From Thermoplasmata archaeon (lineage in GTDB: Archaea; Thermoplasmatota; Thermoplasmata; Thermoplasmatales; GCA-001856825), in contig JBMFTY010000003.1 in the NCBI GenBank assembly GCA_049966795.1, forward strand, positions 3,447 to 67,446: a stretch of DNA of 64,000 bases, in the 5' to 3' direction. The position numbers and the translations under genes were made by a program. Position 1 is the first letter of the stretch, and every line of letters begins with the position of its first letter. The notes under the pieces are model-generated. The model was not told the origin of the DNA. It searched no databases and saw only the letters and a list, made by a program, of their open reading frames with translations. This document shows, in pieces, positions 1-11,072 of the stretch.

Positions 1-870
1 CCGTTCCTCTTCACGAAATGGCTCCAGGATGTTTTTCATGTTAATGTGTACATAGAAATCACTGATGACGAGAAGTTCCTGAGGAATCAGGAATATACGC
101 TCAAGCAGACCTCGGACTGGTCCTATGAGAACATACTGGACATAATTGCGGTGGGCTTCGACCCAGACAGGACATTCATATTCAAGGATACTGAGTACAT
201 AAGGAACATGTACCCGCTTGCCATTTCTGTTGCAAAGAAGCTGAACCTGTCGGAGGTCAAGGCAACCTTCGGCTTCGACAACTCCGCTAACATAGGCATC
301 CTGTTCTACCCTGCAATACAGATCGTCCCCACCATGTTCGAGAACAGGAGGTGCTTGATACCTGCTGCGATAGATCAGGATCCATACTGGAGGCTTCAGA
401 GGGATATTGCGGAGTCTCTGGGATATTTCAAGGCTGCCGAGATTCATAGCAAATTCCTTCCTCCCCTCACGTCGTCGGAGGGAAAGATGAGCTCGTCAAT
501 TCCAGAATCTGCGATATATCTTTCAGACGATTCCCAAACTGTTGAGAGGAAGATAATGAAGTATGCGTTCTCAGGGGGACAGGCCACGGCAGAGCTTCAG
601 AGGAAGCTCGGGGCTGACCTTAGTGTTGACATACCGTATCAGTGGCTCTACTACATCTTCGAGGAGAACGACGAGGAGATTGCGAGGATAGGGGAGGAAT
701 ATTCAAAGGGAAGAATGCTTACCGGCGAGATAAAGAAGATATTGGCCGAGAGGGTGAGCACCTTCCTCGAGGAGCACAGGAGAAGAAGGGGGAGAGCTGT
801 GGAAGATTATTCAAGATACCTCTACGACGGGAAGCTTGCGAGGGTGATGTGGGAGCAGATACACTACTAG
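1..870 (+). CDS. trpS: tryptophan--tRNA ligase (archaeal/eukaryotic type), 5' end outside window
   Basis: Frame 1 is open from nt 1 (PFLFTKWLQDVFHVNVYIEITDDEKF). It has a class I KMSKS-type loop KMSSS. The C-terminal YAFSGGQ...GRMLTGEIK block is typical of archaeal TrpRS. Confidence 0.9.
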   Translation, partial: PFLFTKWLQDVFHVNVYIEITDDEKFLRNQEYTLKQTSDWSYENILDIIAVGFDPDRTFIFKDTEYIRNMYPLAISVAKKLNLSEVKATFGFDNSANIGILFYPAIQIVPTMFENRRCLIPAAIDQDPYWRLQRDIAESLGYFKAAEIHSKFLPPLTSSEGKMSSSIPESAIYLSDDSQTVERKIMKYAFSGGQATAELQRKLGADLSVDIPYQWLYYIFEENDEEIARIGEEYSKGRMLTGEIKKILAERVSTFLEEHRRRRGRAVEDYSRYLYDGKLARVMWEQIHY

Positions 871-2837
871 GAGATTCCTCTCTCGCGCCTTATTTTTTCA
901 GCGATCACAACGAACTCATCCACGGCTTCTGGATTCGCCATTGATCCCCTGTTGAATGCCCTGTCTGGCGGAAAACCCATGAAAAGCTTCTTCAGGGGGA
1001 CCTCCATCTTCTTGCCGTTTATCGTCTTTGGTATCTGGGATACCCTTATTATGTCGTCCGGGACATACCTTGCTGACAGCTCCTCCTTTATCTTCGCTGA
1101 TACAGAAGCCTTTAGTGATTGAAAATCCCCCGTATCCGCAACAACGAAAAGTGGCATGTAATACTCCCCCCCGGGAAGCTCGATCCCTATGATTATGCTG
1201 TCCTTAACCTCTGTGATTTTATCGAGAACATTGTATATCTCAGCAGTCCCTATTCTGATACCCTTTCTTTTAAGTGTGGAATCTGATCTTCCCAGAATGA
1301 CCGCAGACCCCCCTTCCGTGAGGATTATCCAGTCCCCATGCCTCCATACCCCCGGATACTTTGAGAAGTACGTCTCGCGGAGCTTGGTTCCATCGTCGTT
1401 CCAGAGATATATTGGCATAGAGGGCATTGGCTTCCTTATCACCAGCTCCCCAACTTCATTTGTCACTTCGACTCCGTCGTCATCGTAAGCCCGTATGTCC
1501 GCACCGAGATCCCTGCACTGCAGCTCCCCCTCCCTGACAGGCTCGCAGGCGCAACCCCCCAGGAAGGCGGTGCAGAGGTCCGTGCCTCCGCTTATAGATG
1601 CCAGCCATACGTCCCTTTTTATGTCATCGTAAACGTACCTGAAGCCCTCGGGTGAAAGGGGGGATCCCGTGGACCCAATTGCTACCAATTTATCAAGACT
1701 CAGTTTACCTCTGACCCTTACCCCCTCCTTCATGATGGAGGATATGTATGCCGCGCTGGTTCCGAAGAATGAAATGCCTTCTTCATTGGCCATGTTCCAG
1801 AGAGCATATCCATCGGGAAAGGTGGGACTTCCATCGTACAGGATGGCTGTGGCGCCTGTTGCGATGGAACTGACGAGGACGTTCCACATCATCCAGCCTG
1901 TTGTGGTGTACCAGAAGAACCTATCTCCCCTTGACATGTTGTAATGAAGGGATAGAAGCTTCAGGTGTTCCAGAAGAATTCCTCCGTGGCTGTGGACGAT
2001 AGGCTTCGGCGGGCCGGTCGTACCAGATGAATAGAGAATCCAGAGAGGGTCGTTGAATTCAACTCTCTGAAATTTGGGTTCCCTTCCCTTCGTGGATATG
2101 CTTTCCCACGAGAATGTTCTCTCGCCATACTTCCCGTCAGTTCCTACGGTAACTATTGCCTTTAGTGAGGGAAGGCTGTCCACAATCTTTCCTATCGTCT
2201 CCCTTTTCCTGAAGAGCTTGCCGTTATAGCTGTACTCCTCAGTCACGAAGAGAATCTTGGGATCTATCTGCCTGAATCTCTCAATCACCGCCTCTGACCC
2301 GAAGTCAGGAGAGGAGCTGGACCAGATAGCACCTGTTGCCGCAGTTGCATACAGTGCCTCCATTGCTTCTGGAATATTGGGAAGCATCGATGCGACCCTG
2401 TCACCCCTGCCGACACTCATGTCCTCCAAGAATGACTGAACGGAGCCCACAGAATTCATGAACTCCCGCCTGGATACAGCCCTTCTTTCCCCTCCTTCGT
2501 TTCTTGAAATGATGAGAACATCATGGTCACCGAGAAGGAGATTGTTCTCAGCGTAATTCAGCCTGAGACCGCTGAACCACCGGTTTCCCGGCATGCTTCT
2601 GGTGTTTAGAACGCTTTCATACCTTCCTTCCGAGATGATGTGGAAGTACGAAAGAATGCTTTCCCAGAATTCTTCAATATTATCGACTGACCATCTCCAT
2701 AGCTCCTCATATCCCTTGAAATTCTGGGAACGTGTTTCGTTTATCCACTTCCTGAACCTTTCAATATTGGACCTTCTGCATAACTCCTCGGATTCCCACA
2801 GCACAGGTCTTTCTGACACCTGACTGAGATGAAACAC
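867..2837 (-). CDS. acetoacetate--CoA ligase (AMP-forming acyl-CoA synthetase family)
   Basis: 656 aa. The N-terminus (WFSGLRLNYAENNLL) and the YSSGTTGPPKPIVHSHGG AMP-binding motif match acetoacetyl-CoA synthetases. Its stop overlaps the trpS stop in a CTAG tetranucleotide. Confidence 0.8.
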   Translation of the reverse strand: MFHLSQVSERPVLWESEELCRRSNIERFRKWINETRSQNFKGYEELWRWSVDNIEEFWESILSYFHIISEGRYESVLNTRSMPGNRWFSGLRLNYAENNLLLGDHDVLIISRNEGGERRAVSRREFMNSVGSVQSFLEDMSVGRGDRVASMLPNIPEAMEALYATAATGAIWSSSSPDFGSEAVIERFRQIDPKILFVTEEYSYNGKLFRKRETIGKIVDSLPSLKAIVTVGTDGKYGERTFSWESISTKGREPKFQRVEFNDPLWILYSSGTTGPPKPIVHSHGGILLEHLKLLSLHYNMSRGDRFFWYTTTGWMMWNVLVSSIATGATAILYDGSPTFPDGYALWNMANEEGISFFGTSAAYISSIMKEGVRVRGKLSLDKLVAIGSTGSPLSPEGFRYVYDDIKRDVWLASISGGTDLCTAFLGGCACEPVREGELQCRDLGADIRAYDDDGVEVTNEVGELVIRKPMPSMPIYLWNDDGTKLRETYFSKYPGVWRHGDWIILTEGGSAVILGRSDSTLKRKGIRIGTAEIYNVLDKITEVKDSIIIGIELPGGEYYMPLFVVADTGDFQSLKASVSAKIKEELSARYVPDDIIRVSQIPKTINGKKMEVPLKKLFMGFPPDRAFNRGSMANPEAVDEFVVIAEKIRRERGIS

Positions 2838-2849
2838 TGCAATTAAATT

Positions 2850-3881
2850 TTATTGGCCTTTAATATTCTCAGACAGTCCCGCATTCCATCTATCTCTGAG
2901 CGAGGATATCTCAGCACTCTTGAATATCCCGTATTCCGTGATGTATCCCGTCACGTATCTGGCAGGAGTTACGTCGAACGCCGGGTTGTACGCCCTTGAT
3001 TCCTTCGGAGGTATGCTGATGCCGTTGACCTGTGATACCTCCTCCTCGCTCCTGTATTCAATGGGTATATCCCCTCCAGAGTCTATCGTGAAATCGAACG
3101 TGCTGAGCGGTGCGGCCACGTAGAAATCCACCCCGTTCTCCTTAGCAACGACTGCCTTCTCATAGGTCCCGATCTTGTTTGCAAAATCTCCGTTTGCAGC
3201 TATTCTGTCCGCACCAACAATCACCAGGTCCACCTCACCCCTGTTCATCAGAAACCCGGATGCGTTGTCCGCGATGACCCTGTGGTCTATGCCTTCCTGG
3301 ATCAGCTCCCATGCCGTGAGCCTCGCACCCTGAAGGCGAGGCCTGGTCTCATCCACCCAGACGAAGGGATTCTTCCCTTCCCTGTGAGCAATTCTTATCG
3401 GTGAAAGGGCGGTTCCGAAATCCACTGATGCAAGCGCACCTGCATTGCAATGCGTTAGTATCTTGGCATTCCTCTTTATGACCTTGTCTCCATTAATTCC
3501 TATTGCCCTTGACCTCTCTACTATTGAAGAGACGTATTGTTCCGCGTACTTCTTTGTTTCCCCGCGATGCTTCATCACGAAATCAACAGCATAGAATAGG
3601 TCGTACGCAGTCGGTCTTGCGGATTTTATTTTGGCTGCTGCTTCCTCCAGATTCCTTCCCAGAGCTTCTGCCTGTGCGATACCATAGGCAGCGGCCGCAC
3701 CTATGGATGGTGCTCCCCTCACGGTCATGCCTTTGATGGCATCGTAAAGCTCTTCCGTGCTCTTCACATCTACGATCTGAAATTTCCCTGGGAGGGTTCT
3801 CTGGTCTATCATCCTTATTACGGGTTCCTCATACCAGACTGCCCAGTAGTCCTTTGTCCCTTCTGCAAGCCTTATTTTCAT
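2850..3881 (-). CDS. mtnA: S-methyl-5-thioribose-1-phosphate isomerase (aIF-2BI/MtnA family)
   Basis: 343 aa. It carries IDQRTLP...VRGAPSIGAAAAYG and the C-terminal NPAFDVTP motif of the eIF-2B alpha/beta/delta-like isomerases. Confidence 0.8.
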   Translation of the reverse strand: MKIRLAEGTKDYWAVWYEEPVIRMIDQRTLPGKFQIVDVKSTEELYDAIKGMTVRGAPSIGAAAAYGIAQAEALGRNLEEAAAKIKSARPTAYDLFYAVDFVMKHRGETKKYAEQYVSSIVERSRAIGINGDKVIKRNAKILTHCNAGALASVDFGTALSPIRIAHREGKNPFVWVDETRPRLQGARLTAWELIQEGIDHRVIADNASGFLMNRGEVDLVIVGADRIAANGDFANKIGTYEKAVVAKENGVDFYVAAPLSTFDFTIDSGGDIPIEYRSEEEVSQVNGISIPPKESRAYNPAFDVTPARYVTGYITEYGIFKSAEISSLRDRWNAGLSENIKGQ

Positions 3882-3981
3882 AGGGCTTTAAGGCAATGCC
3901 AAAAATAATCTTTTCCCATCTTGCGGCCGAGATCTTAAGAATAGATGTCAAACCTTTTAGTGATGGGAGAGATCGGGATCA

Positions 3982-4599
3982 GTGTCCATAGGTCTCTTAG
4001 TTCTGGTTTTGGTATTCATCCTGATAATTCTTGTTCTCATCTTATATTTTGAAAGGAATATGGGAAGACTTAGAGTGGCGCTTGAGCAGGAGAAAACAAG
4101 GTCTCATGAGATAGCAAAGTCGGAAGCCAATCAGCTTTTCAACCAATGGACTGAGACCACGCTTAAGGAAATGACTGAAAAGATGGACGAATCAATCAGG
4201 CGTGACTACGAGGCCAAGCTGGAATCGTGGAAAATAGAATATGAGGAAAAGATCAGAAAGGATGCCATCCAGAGATCCTTGAGAACCCTGGCCGGAAAGG
4301 TGTCAGAAGAGTTCTCCCCCTTGATTCTTTCTGCAAAGCTTTCCGCAGATATGAGGGATTTCAGGCACCTGGGTTCCCCTGTGGATTTCATTGTCTTCAG
4401 GGGTCTCAGCTCCGGTGAAGATGAAGTGGATGTGGTATTTCTCGAGATAAAGAGCGGGAGTGCCAGTTCCATTGCTGAGAGGGAGAGGCGGGTCAAGAGG
4501 GCTGTGGATATGAAGAGGGTCTCATATCAGGTGGTTAACCTATCTGATATCCTAGGACTTTCATCCGGGACTGAGAACGCTTCGGGGCATGGAATGTGA
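3982..4599 (+). CDS. membrane-anchored PD-(D/E)xK protein related to archaeal Holliday junction resolvase (COG4741/PF10107-like)
   Basis: N-terminal TM helix (IGLLVLVLVFILIILVLILYF), then a coiled-coil segment. The C-terminus VDFIVFRG...VVFLEIKSG fits a D...ExK nuclease core. Confidence 0.55.
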   Translation: MSIGLLVLVLVFILIILVLILYFERNMGRLRVALEQEKTRSHEIAKSEANQLFNQWTETTLKEMTEKMDESIRRDYEAKLESWKIEYEEKIRKDAIQRSLRTLAGKVSEEFSPLILSAKLSADMRDFRHLGSPVDFIVFRGLSSGEDEVDVVFLEIKSGSASSIAERERRVKRAVDMKRVSYQVVNLSDILGLSSGTENASGHGM

Positions 4600-4829
4600 G
4601 AATCCGATAATATGTTCAGCGTAATGCTGTGGATGTCCCTCACATCGTACTCCCCGTCCATGCTGACAAGAAGAAGGGCTGTGATTCCGGCCAGCCCGAT
4701 TCCCCCTAATACCGCGACATTTATCTCTCCCAACGGGAGCCACCCACCCATTAAAGGTGCCTCTTTGATTGTCACGGTATTATCGCGGTTATCCTCAGTA
4801 ATAAGCGGACCCAAAATCATTACCAAAAA

Positions 4830-5881
<1,052 letters not shown>

Positions 5882-5893
5882 CAGGAAGGGAGG

Positions 5894-7031
5894 ATGATGG
5901 AATACATCGATGTCGCCAGGCAAATTGCTTCGGGAATGAGAATTTTCAAATTTCCTGAGAATGTGAGGGGCTTCCCTCTCACCTCGGGTCGAAAGCTATC
6001 GGAGGTGGATATAGCCTTCGAAACCTACGGGAAGCCCAACGAGGATGCATCCAACTGCGTACTGGTCTGTCATGCCCTTTCCGGTGATTATCACGCCTCA
6101 AGTTTAGGTAAGGATAACGAAAAGGGCTGGTGGGAAGGCATTATAGGCTGGGGGAAGGGGATAGATACCAGCAAGTATTTCGTTGTATGCTCCAATGTCC
6201 TCGGTAGCTGCAGGGGGTCTACGGGGCCTTCATCTAATATCCCGGAGACTGGGAGAAGATATGGACTAGATTTCCCGCAGGTGTCCATTGAGGGCATGGT
6301 CAATGCGCAGGCGAGACTGCTGGATTATCTTGGCATCGAAAAAGTCCTTTCTGTCATTGGAGGATCGATGGGAGGGATGCAGGTTGTTCAGTGGATGAAG
6401 TCCTATCCCCATAGGATAAGGTCTGCGATACCCATTGCCACCGCCCTGAGGCATACTCCTATGCAGATTGCATTCAACAAGGTTGGAAGAAGGGCAATAA
6501 TGTCCGACCCAGATTGGAATGGTGGAAACTATTATGACTCAACCACTCCCATCAGGGGTCTGGCAGTCGCAAGGATGCTTGGTCACATCACTTATCTTAG
6601 CGATACTTCCCTGAGAAAGAAATTCGGGAGAATGATCGCTTGTGAATCAGGGAGAGGTTTTTCAACCAATGTTCAAGGTGGAGAAATACCCGAGGTACAA
6701 GGGGGATAGTTTCATAAGGAGATTTGATGCAAATTCCTACCTTTATTTGACAAAGGCGATAGATGCATTCGACGTTCATGAGGAAGACCTAAGAAACCTG
6801 CGAGGGACGAGGGTCCTGGCTATATCATTTACATCAGACCGGCTCTATCCATCCTCCCAGGTGTCCGCGATAGCCGATGCCGCAGCGGAAGCAGGAGCTA
6901 CGACTGACCACGTGGAAATCGATTCGGAGTACGGACACGATTCCTTTTTATTGGACTTTGAGAAGGAATCTAGGGAAATAAGTTCATTCCTAGAGAAGGT
7001 TGCGGATGAGAATTCCATTCACTATAGCTGA
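5894..7031 (+). pseudogene. metX: homoserine O-acetyltransferase, frameshifted
   Basis: ORF 5894-6709 carries the alpha/beta-hydrolase core (GGSMGGMQ) up to HITYLSD. The conserved C-terminus (FKVEKYPRYKGDSFIRRFDANSYLYLTKA..D.FD) continues in another frame, ORF 6642-7031. The frame switch lies around 6625-6665, near a T5 run. Confidence 0.8.
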
Positions 7032-7055
7032 ATGGGAGCTCACTGGATGTATAAA

Positions 7056-7637
7056 TCACACTGTTTTGAGCAGGTCAGATTTCGTGACGATTCCCACGAT
7101 TTTCCCTCCCCTGTTCACCAGGACTGCCTGGTACCCCGTGAGGAGATAAGAAATGATCTTCACAGGTGTATTTTCTGAGACCTGAGGGAAGGGTTCGTCC
7201 ATCACCTCTTTCACGGAAAGTTTCTTTATTTCTTCGTGGTTCTCGTATTTTGATATCACGTCCCTTATTATGTTGTCGGTGATGCTTCCCACACTGACCC
7301 CGTTGTCTATGACTGGTAGTTGTGAGAAACCGCGTTCTGCCAGCCTTCTTATTCCCTTGGTCAGTTTATCTTTACTGTTCACGGAAATTATGGCCCGTGT
7401 CATTATGTCCCTCGCCCTCTTCACAAACTCCTCTCTTCTTGCCAGTTCACCTTCAAGAGCATCGAATATCTTTCTGACGCTTTCATATGTTGGGTTAAGC
7501 TCGTTTCTTTCGAGCCTGGCTATGTATGACTGGCTGAAGCCTGTCATCTTTGAAAGCTCTTTCTGCGTTATATTAAGCTTTTCCCTGAGCCTCTTGATTT
7601 CGCTTAGGCTTGGCATCATTCGCTTTTCTACATACAA
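7056..7637 (-). CDS. XRE-type HTH transcriptional regulator with C-terminal CBS pair (COG3620-like)
   Basis: N-terminal LNITQKELSKMTGFSQSYIARLERNELNPT helix-turn-helix, followed by two CBS-like repeats (ISV...GFSQLPVID, VSE...AVLV..GGKIVGIVTKSDLL). Confidence 0.75.
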   Translation of the reverse strand: MYVEKRMMPSLSEIKRLREKLNITQKELSKMTGFSQSYIARLERNELNPTYESVRKIFDALEGELARREEFVKRARDIMTRAIISVNSKDKLTKGIRRLAERGFSQLPVIDNGVSVGSITDNIIRDVISKYENHEEIKKLSVKEVMDEPFPQVSENTPVKIISYLLTGYQAVLVNRGGKIVGIVTKSDLLKTV

Positions 7638-8093
7638 TAGGTTCCTAAGATATATATTTAGGGCTGATGTAGAACTATATACCGAAGGGAATCTATCATA
7701 AATGTCGAGATTCGTGTGATACGTGCTCTTCTCATCTCCAGTTTTGAGCCGTGACGGATGGCCAATCTAGCAAGGTCCGACTGAGTGCAAAAGATAAATC
7801 GAATCCGAGGTCTTGACAATAATTTTACTATCCAGGACTGTTTCACTTCACATTATTGGATAAATTGTTCACTTTGTCAGGTTTTGAAGCCTCTGTTTAA
7901 ATACCTCAATGCAGGATTCACCTAGTATCCCGAAGGTCTGCTGACATCCTCCCATCCCTGAAGGATTTGAGGTTCCTGATTCGGCGATACTTGGGTAACA
8001 AAACAATATTTGAGCCCTTGTTCAACACACAAAATATCCCTCTCGAGAAGTTGAACAACATTTATAAGTCTCCTAGGGTATCCGAGGTTTGCC

Positions 8094-8741
8094 TTGAAAC
8101 CATATGTGATTATAAATTTCGCCTCCTCATTGGATGGGCGGATATCCGCCAAAGACGGAAAACAGTTCAAGTTCTCCAATCTCGAGGACATGTCCAGGGT
8201 TCACAGGATGAGGGCTGAGGCGGACATAATAGTTGTTGGTAGAAATACCGTTGAGATGGACGATCCAAAGCTCGTCGTGAATGACAAATACTTTCATTCA
8301 GAGAGAATACCGGACGTCGGCATCCTCGACACAATGCTTCTAGTTAATAATAAGGCTAAACTGTTCGATTATCGGAGAAACGTGATCATTTTCTGCGGTT
8401 CATCTGCACCGGAAAGGAGATTCGAAGGGGAAGGGGAGTCAAAGGTAATGGTGAAACGTAGCCCAGAGCTCAGGCCTACCGCACGTTTCGTGACTGAAGA
8501 GCTTGGATCCCTGGGGTACAGGAGGGTGATGGTTGAGGGGGGGAGATCGGTGATCACCTCCTTCATTCTGGAGGATGTGTGGGATGAGATCAGCATCTTC
8601 TACTCCCCAGTTCTGATGGGGGATGATGGGGTCCCAATGCTCGGCCGCATTCCGGAACTGATAAGATTTGAAGGCGTAGAGGTGGGTGGCCTGGGGAACG
8701 GTTTTCTGGTCAAAATCAAAAAGCGTTTAAATGCACGATGA
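8094..8741 (+). CDS. 2,5-diamino-6-ribosylamino-4(3H)-pyrimidinone 5'-phosphate reductase (RibD C-terminal type)
   Basis: PYVIINFASSLDGRIS...VVGRNTVEMDDPKLV...RVMVEGGRSV matches the RibD_C/dihydrofolate-reductase-like fold. Apparent TTG start. Confidence 0.8.
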   Translation: MKPYVIINFASSLDGRISAKDGKQFKFSNLEDMSRVHRMRAEADIIVVGRNTVEMDDPKLVVNDKYFHSERIPDVGILDTMLLVNNKAKLFDYRRNVIIFCGSSAPERRFEGEGESKVMVKRSPELRPTARFVTEELGSLGYRRVMVEGGRSVITSFILEDVWDEISIFYSPVLMGDDGVPMLGRIPELIRFEGVEVGGLGNGFLVKIKKRLNAR

Positions 8742-9966
8742 TTACGATACCATGGAAGGGAAGAACAAGATAGAGTGGGCCAGGAGCTGGATGCCTGTTC
8801 TGGGAACTATAAGGGATAAGTTCTCCAAAGAGAGACCGTTCAAGGGATTGAAGATCGCGATGGCACTCCATCTCGAGGCCAAGACTGCGGTGCTGGCGCA
8901 TACCCTCAAGGTTGGAGGGGCGGACGTGAGGATTGCGGGGTGCAATCCTCTCAGCACCGATGATGAGGTTGCAGCTTCACTCGCGAAGGATTTCCGGGTC
9001 AACGTTTTTGCCCGTAGGGGTGTCAATAGGGAAGAATACTATGAGTTCCTCTCAAAGACACTTGAATTTGGGCCGGATATAATCATAGATGACGGGGGAG
9101 ACCTCACTGCCCTTGCGCTGAAGGACGAAGCCATCCACAGGAACATAATCGGCGGGAACGAGGAAACCACCACCGGCGTGGTCAGACTGAAGAACATGGA
9201 GCGCGATGGCGTCCTGAAATTCCCAATGTTTGATGTGAACGATGCCCTCATGAAACATCTCTTTGACAACAGGTACGGAACGGGGCAGAGCACGATAGAC
9301 GGCATAATCTCCGCAACTAACCTCGTGCTTGCAGGGAAGAGCGTTGTCGTTGCAGGCTACGGGTGGTGCGGCAGGGGGATAGCGAACAGGATGAGGGGCA
9401 TGGGCGCGAGGGTTATAGTGACGGAGGTGGATCCCTTCAAATCAATCGAGGCGTACATGGACGGCTTCGAGGTCAGGAGGATGAAGGACGCAATAGGAGA
9501 GGCTGATCTCGTTGTGACTGCAACGGGCGTGAAGGACATTGTGACCGCTGAGATGCTTAGGAATGCAAAGGACGGTGTAATTCTTGCAAACTCGGGCCAT
9601 TTCAACAATGAGGTTGCGGTGGAAGGGATAGAGAGAAAATTCGGAAAAGGGAGGGAAGTGAGGAGGAACGTGAAGATGTACCGGATAGGCCGCAAGACAG
9701 CTTACATAATCTCAGACGGAAGGCTGGTCAACATAACCGCAGGCCAGGGACATCCCGTTGAGATCATGGACCTCTCCTTCTCCATACAGGCCCTTACCGC
9801 GGAATACATTGCGAAGAACAGGGGTCTGGCTCCAAAGGTCTACTCGGTCCCGGAAGAGATAGACAGGAAGGTCGCAATGCTCTTCCTCGCCTCCCACAAT
9901 CTGAAGATAGATAGATTGTCAAGAGAACAGAAGAAATACATCGGTTCGTGGAGCGAGGGAACCTGA
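8731..9966 (+). CDS. ahcY: adenosylhomocysteinase
   Basis: 411 aa. It has LHLEAKTA..A..L..GGA.V...GCNPLSTDD and the NAD-binding GYGWCGRG motif. It overlaps the upstream gene by 11 nt. Confidence 0.9.
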   Translation: MHDDYDTMEGKNKIEWARSWMPVLGTIRDKFSKERPFKGLKIAMALHLEAKTAVLAHTLKVGGADVRIAGCNPLSTDDEVAASLAKDFRVNVFARRGVNREEYYEFLSKTLEFGPDIIIDDGGDLTALALKDEAIHRNIIGGNEETTTGVVRLKNMERDGVLKFPMFDVNDALMKHLFDNRYGTGQSTIDGIISATNLVLAGKSVVVAGYGWCGRGIANRMRGMGARVIVTEVDPFKSIEAYMDGFEVRRMKDAIGEADLVVTATGVKDIVTAEMLRNAKDGVILANSGHFNNEVAVEGIERKFGKGREVRRNVKMYRIGRKTAYIISDGRLVNITAGQGHPVEIMDLSFSIQALTAEYIAKNRGLAPKVYSVPEEIDRKVAMLFLASHNLKIDRLSREQKKYIGSWSEGT

Positions 9967-10013
9967 AAGTTCAGCCTAGCAAGAGATAAATAACGAATAT
10001 TGAATATCGCCTC

Positions 10014-11072
10014 GTGCCTTTTGAAAAGTTAGCGGAGATGATCCTCCCCAGGGAGGTCATCGGGGGTCATGGGGCGATAGAGAAGGTAGGGGAGGTGTTC
10101 AGGAAGATCACTAGCTCCAACAGAGGTACAATAGTCACGGGAAGCACAACAATGAAGCTTGCAGGGGAGAGGGTGAGGGAAATACTTGAAAGCTCGGGGA
10201 TAGAGGTGGATGTGGTTGTAACGGGTCCAGCGACGGAGGAAAGCGTTGAGTTCGTCAAGGAAAGAACGAAGTCCTTTGGGGCAAAGGTCATCATAGGCAT
10301 AGGGGGAGGGACAAAGATTGACATAGCGAAGAAGAGTGCTTTCGACCTTGGCCTTGATTTCATCTCAATACCCACCTCAGCCAGCCATGACGGAGTCGCA
10401 AGCCCAAGGGCATCGATAAGCAAGAACGGTATGTCAACGTCGATGGAAGCCTCTATGCCTGCCGCAATAATTGCAGATACGGAGATCATAGTTACGGCGC
10501 CGTTCAGATTCCTTGCGTCTGGGGCAGCTGATGTGCTTTCAAACCTGACGGCCCTGAAGGACTGGAGCCTTGCGCATAGACTCAAAGCCGAAAAGATCAG
10601 CAGTTCCGCCTACTCTATCTCCGAGTTCGCGGCAAAGGAGATAATAAACAACGCGGGCCAGATAAAACCTGGAATAGAGGAGAGCGTCTGGCTTGTGATA
10701 AAGCAGATAGTGTTCTCAGGCATAGCGATGAGCGTAGCCGGGAGTTCTAGACCGGCATCTGGATCGGAGCACATGTTTGCCCATGCCGTCGATTCAATAA
10801 GGAAGGGAACGGGCCTTCATGGGGAGCTTTGCGGCATAGGCTCCATAATATCCATGTACCTCCACGGAGGTGACTGGATGCTGATAAGGAACACGCTTCA
10901 GACGATAGGGGCGCCCACAAGGCTGGATCAGGTCTCCCTGACGGAGGAGGATGCTGTTCAGGCCCTCATGATGGCACACAAGACCAGGCCTGACAGATAC
11001 ACGATCCTCGGGGAGAATGGACTGAGCGAGGGGGCTGCAAGGGAGGCACTCCGCATAACGGGTGTTGCCTGA
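10014..11072 (+). CDS. egsA: sn-glycerol-1-phosphate dehydrogenase
   Basis: 352 aa iron-containing alcohol dehydrogenase-like protein with GIGGGTKIDIAK and SHDGVASP/GSEH..AH metal ligands. GTG start. Confidence 0.9.
   Translation: MPFEKLAEMILPREVIGGHGAIEKVGEVFRKITSSNRGTIVTGSTTMKLAGERVREILESSGIEVDVVVTGPATEESVEFVKERTKSFGAKVIIGIGGGTKIDIAKKSAFDLGLDFISIPTSASHDGVASPRASISKNGMSTSMEASMPAAIIADTEIIVTAPFRFLASGAADVLSNLTALKDWSLAHRLKAEKISSSAYSISEFAAKEIINNAGQIKPGIEESVWLVIKQIVFSGIAMSVAGSSRPASGSEHMFAHAVDSIRKGTGLHGELCGIGSIISMYLHGGDWMLIRNTLQTIGAPTRLDQVSLTEEDAVQALMMAHKTRPDRYTILGENGLSEGAAREALRITGVA

Noticed and set aside
642-944. A 100-aa ORF overlapping the end of trpS and the end of the acyl-CoA ligase gene.
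   Set aside because: It is an alternative frame of two well-supported genes, with an Arg/Gly/Glu-rich low-complexity product.
4527-4826. A 99-aa minus-strand ORF with one hydrophobic segment (INVAVLGGIGLAGITALLLV) in the gap before the metY remnant.
   Set aside because: It overlaps the 3' end of the preceding gene by 73 nt, has no recognisable family, and lies in a decaying region. I cannot tell it apart from a chance ORF.
7658-8218. Short ORFs (62, 89 and 83 aa) inside and flanking the long AT-rich spacer.
   Set aside because: They overlap one another and the ribD-type gene start, and none has a recognisable motif. I treat the region as non-coding.
10067-10585. A 172-aa ORF antisense to egsA.
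   Set aside because: The sense frame carries canonical G1P dehydrogenase motifs. The antisense frame has none.
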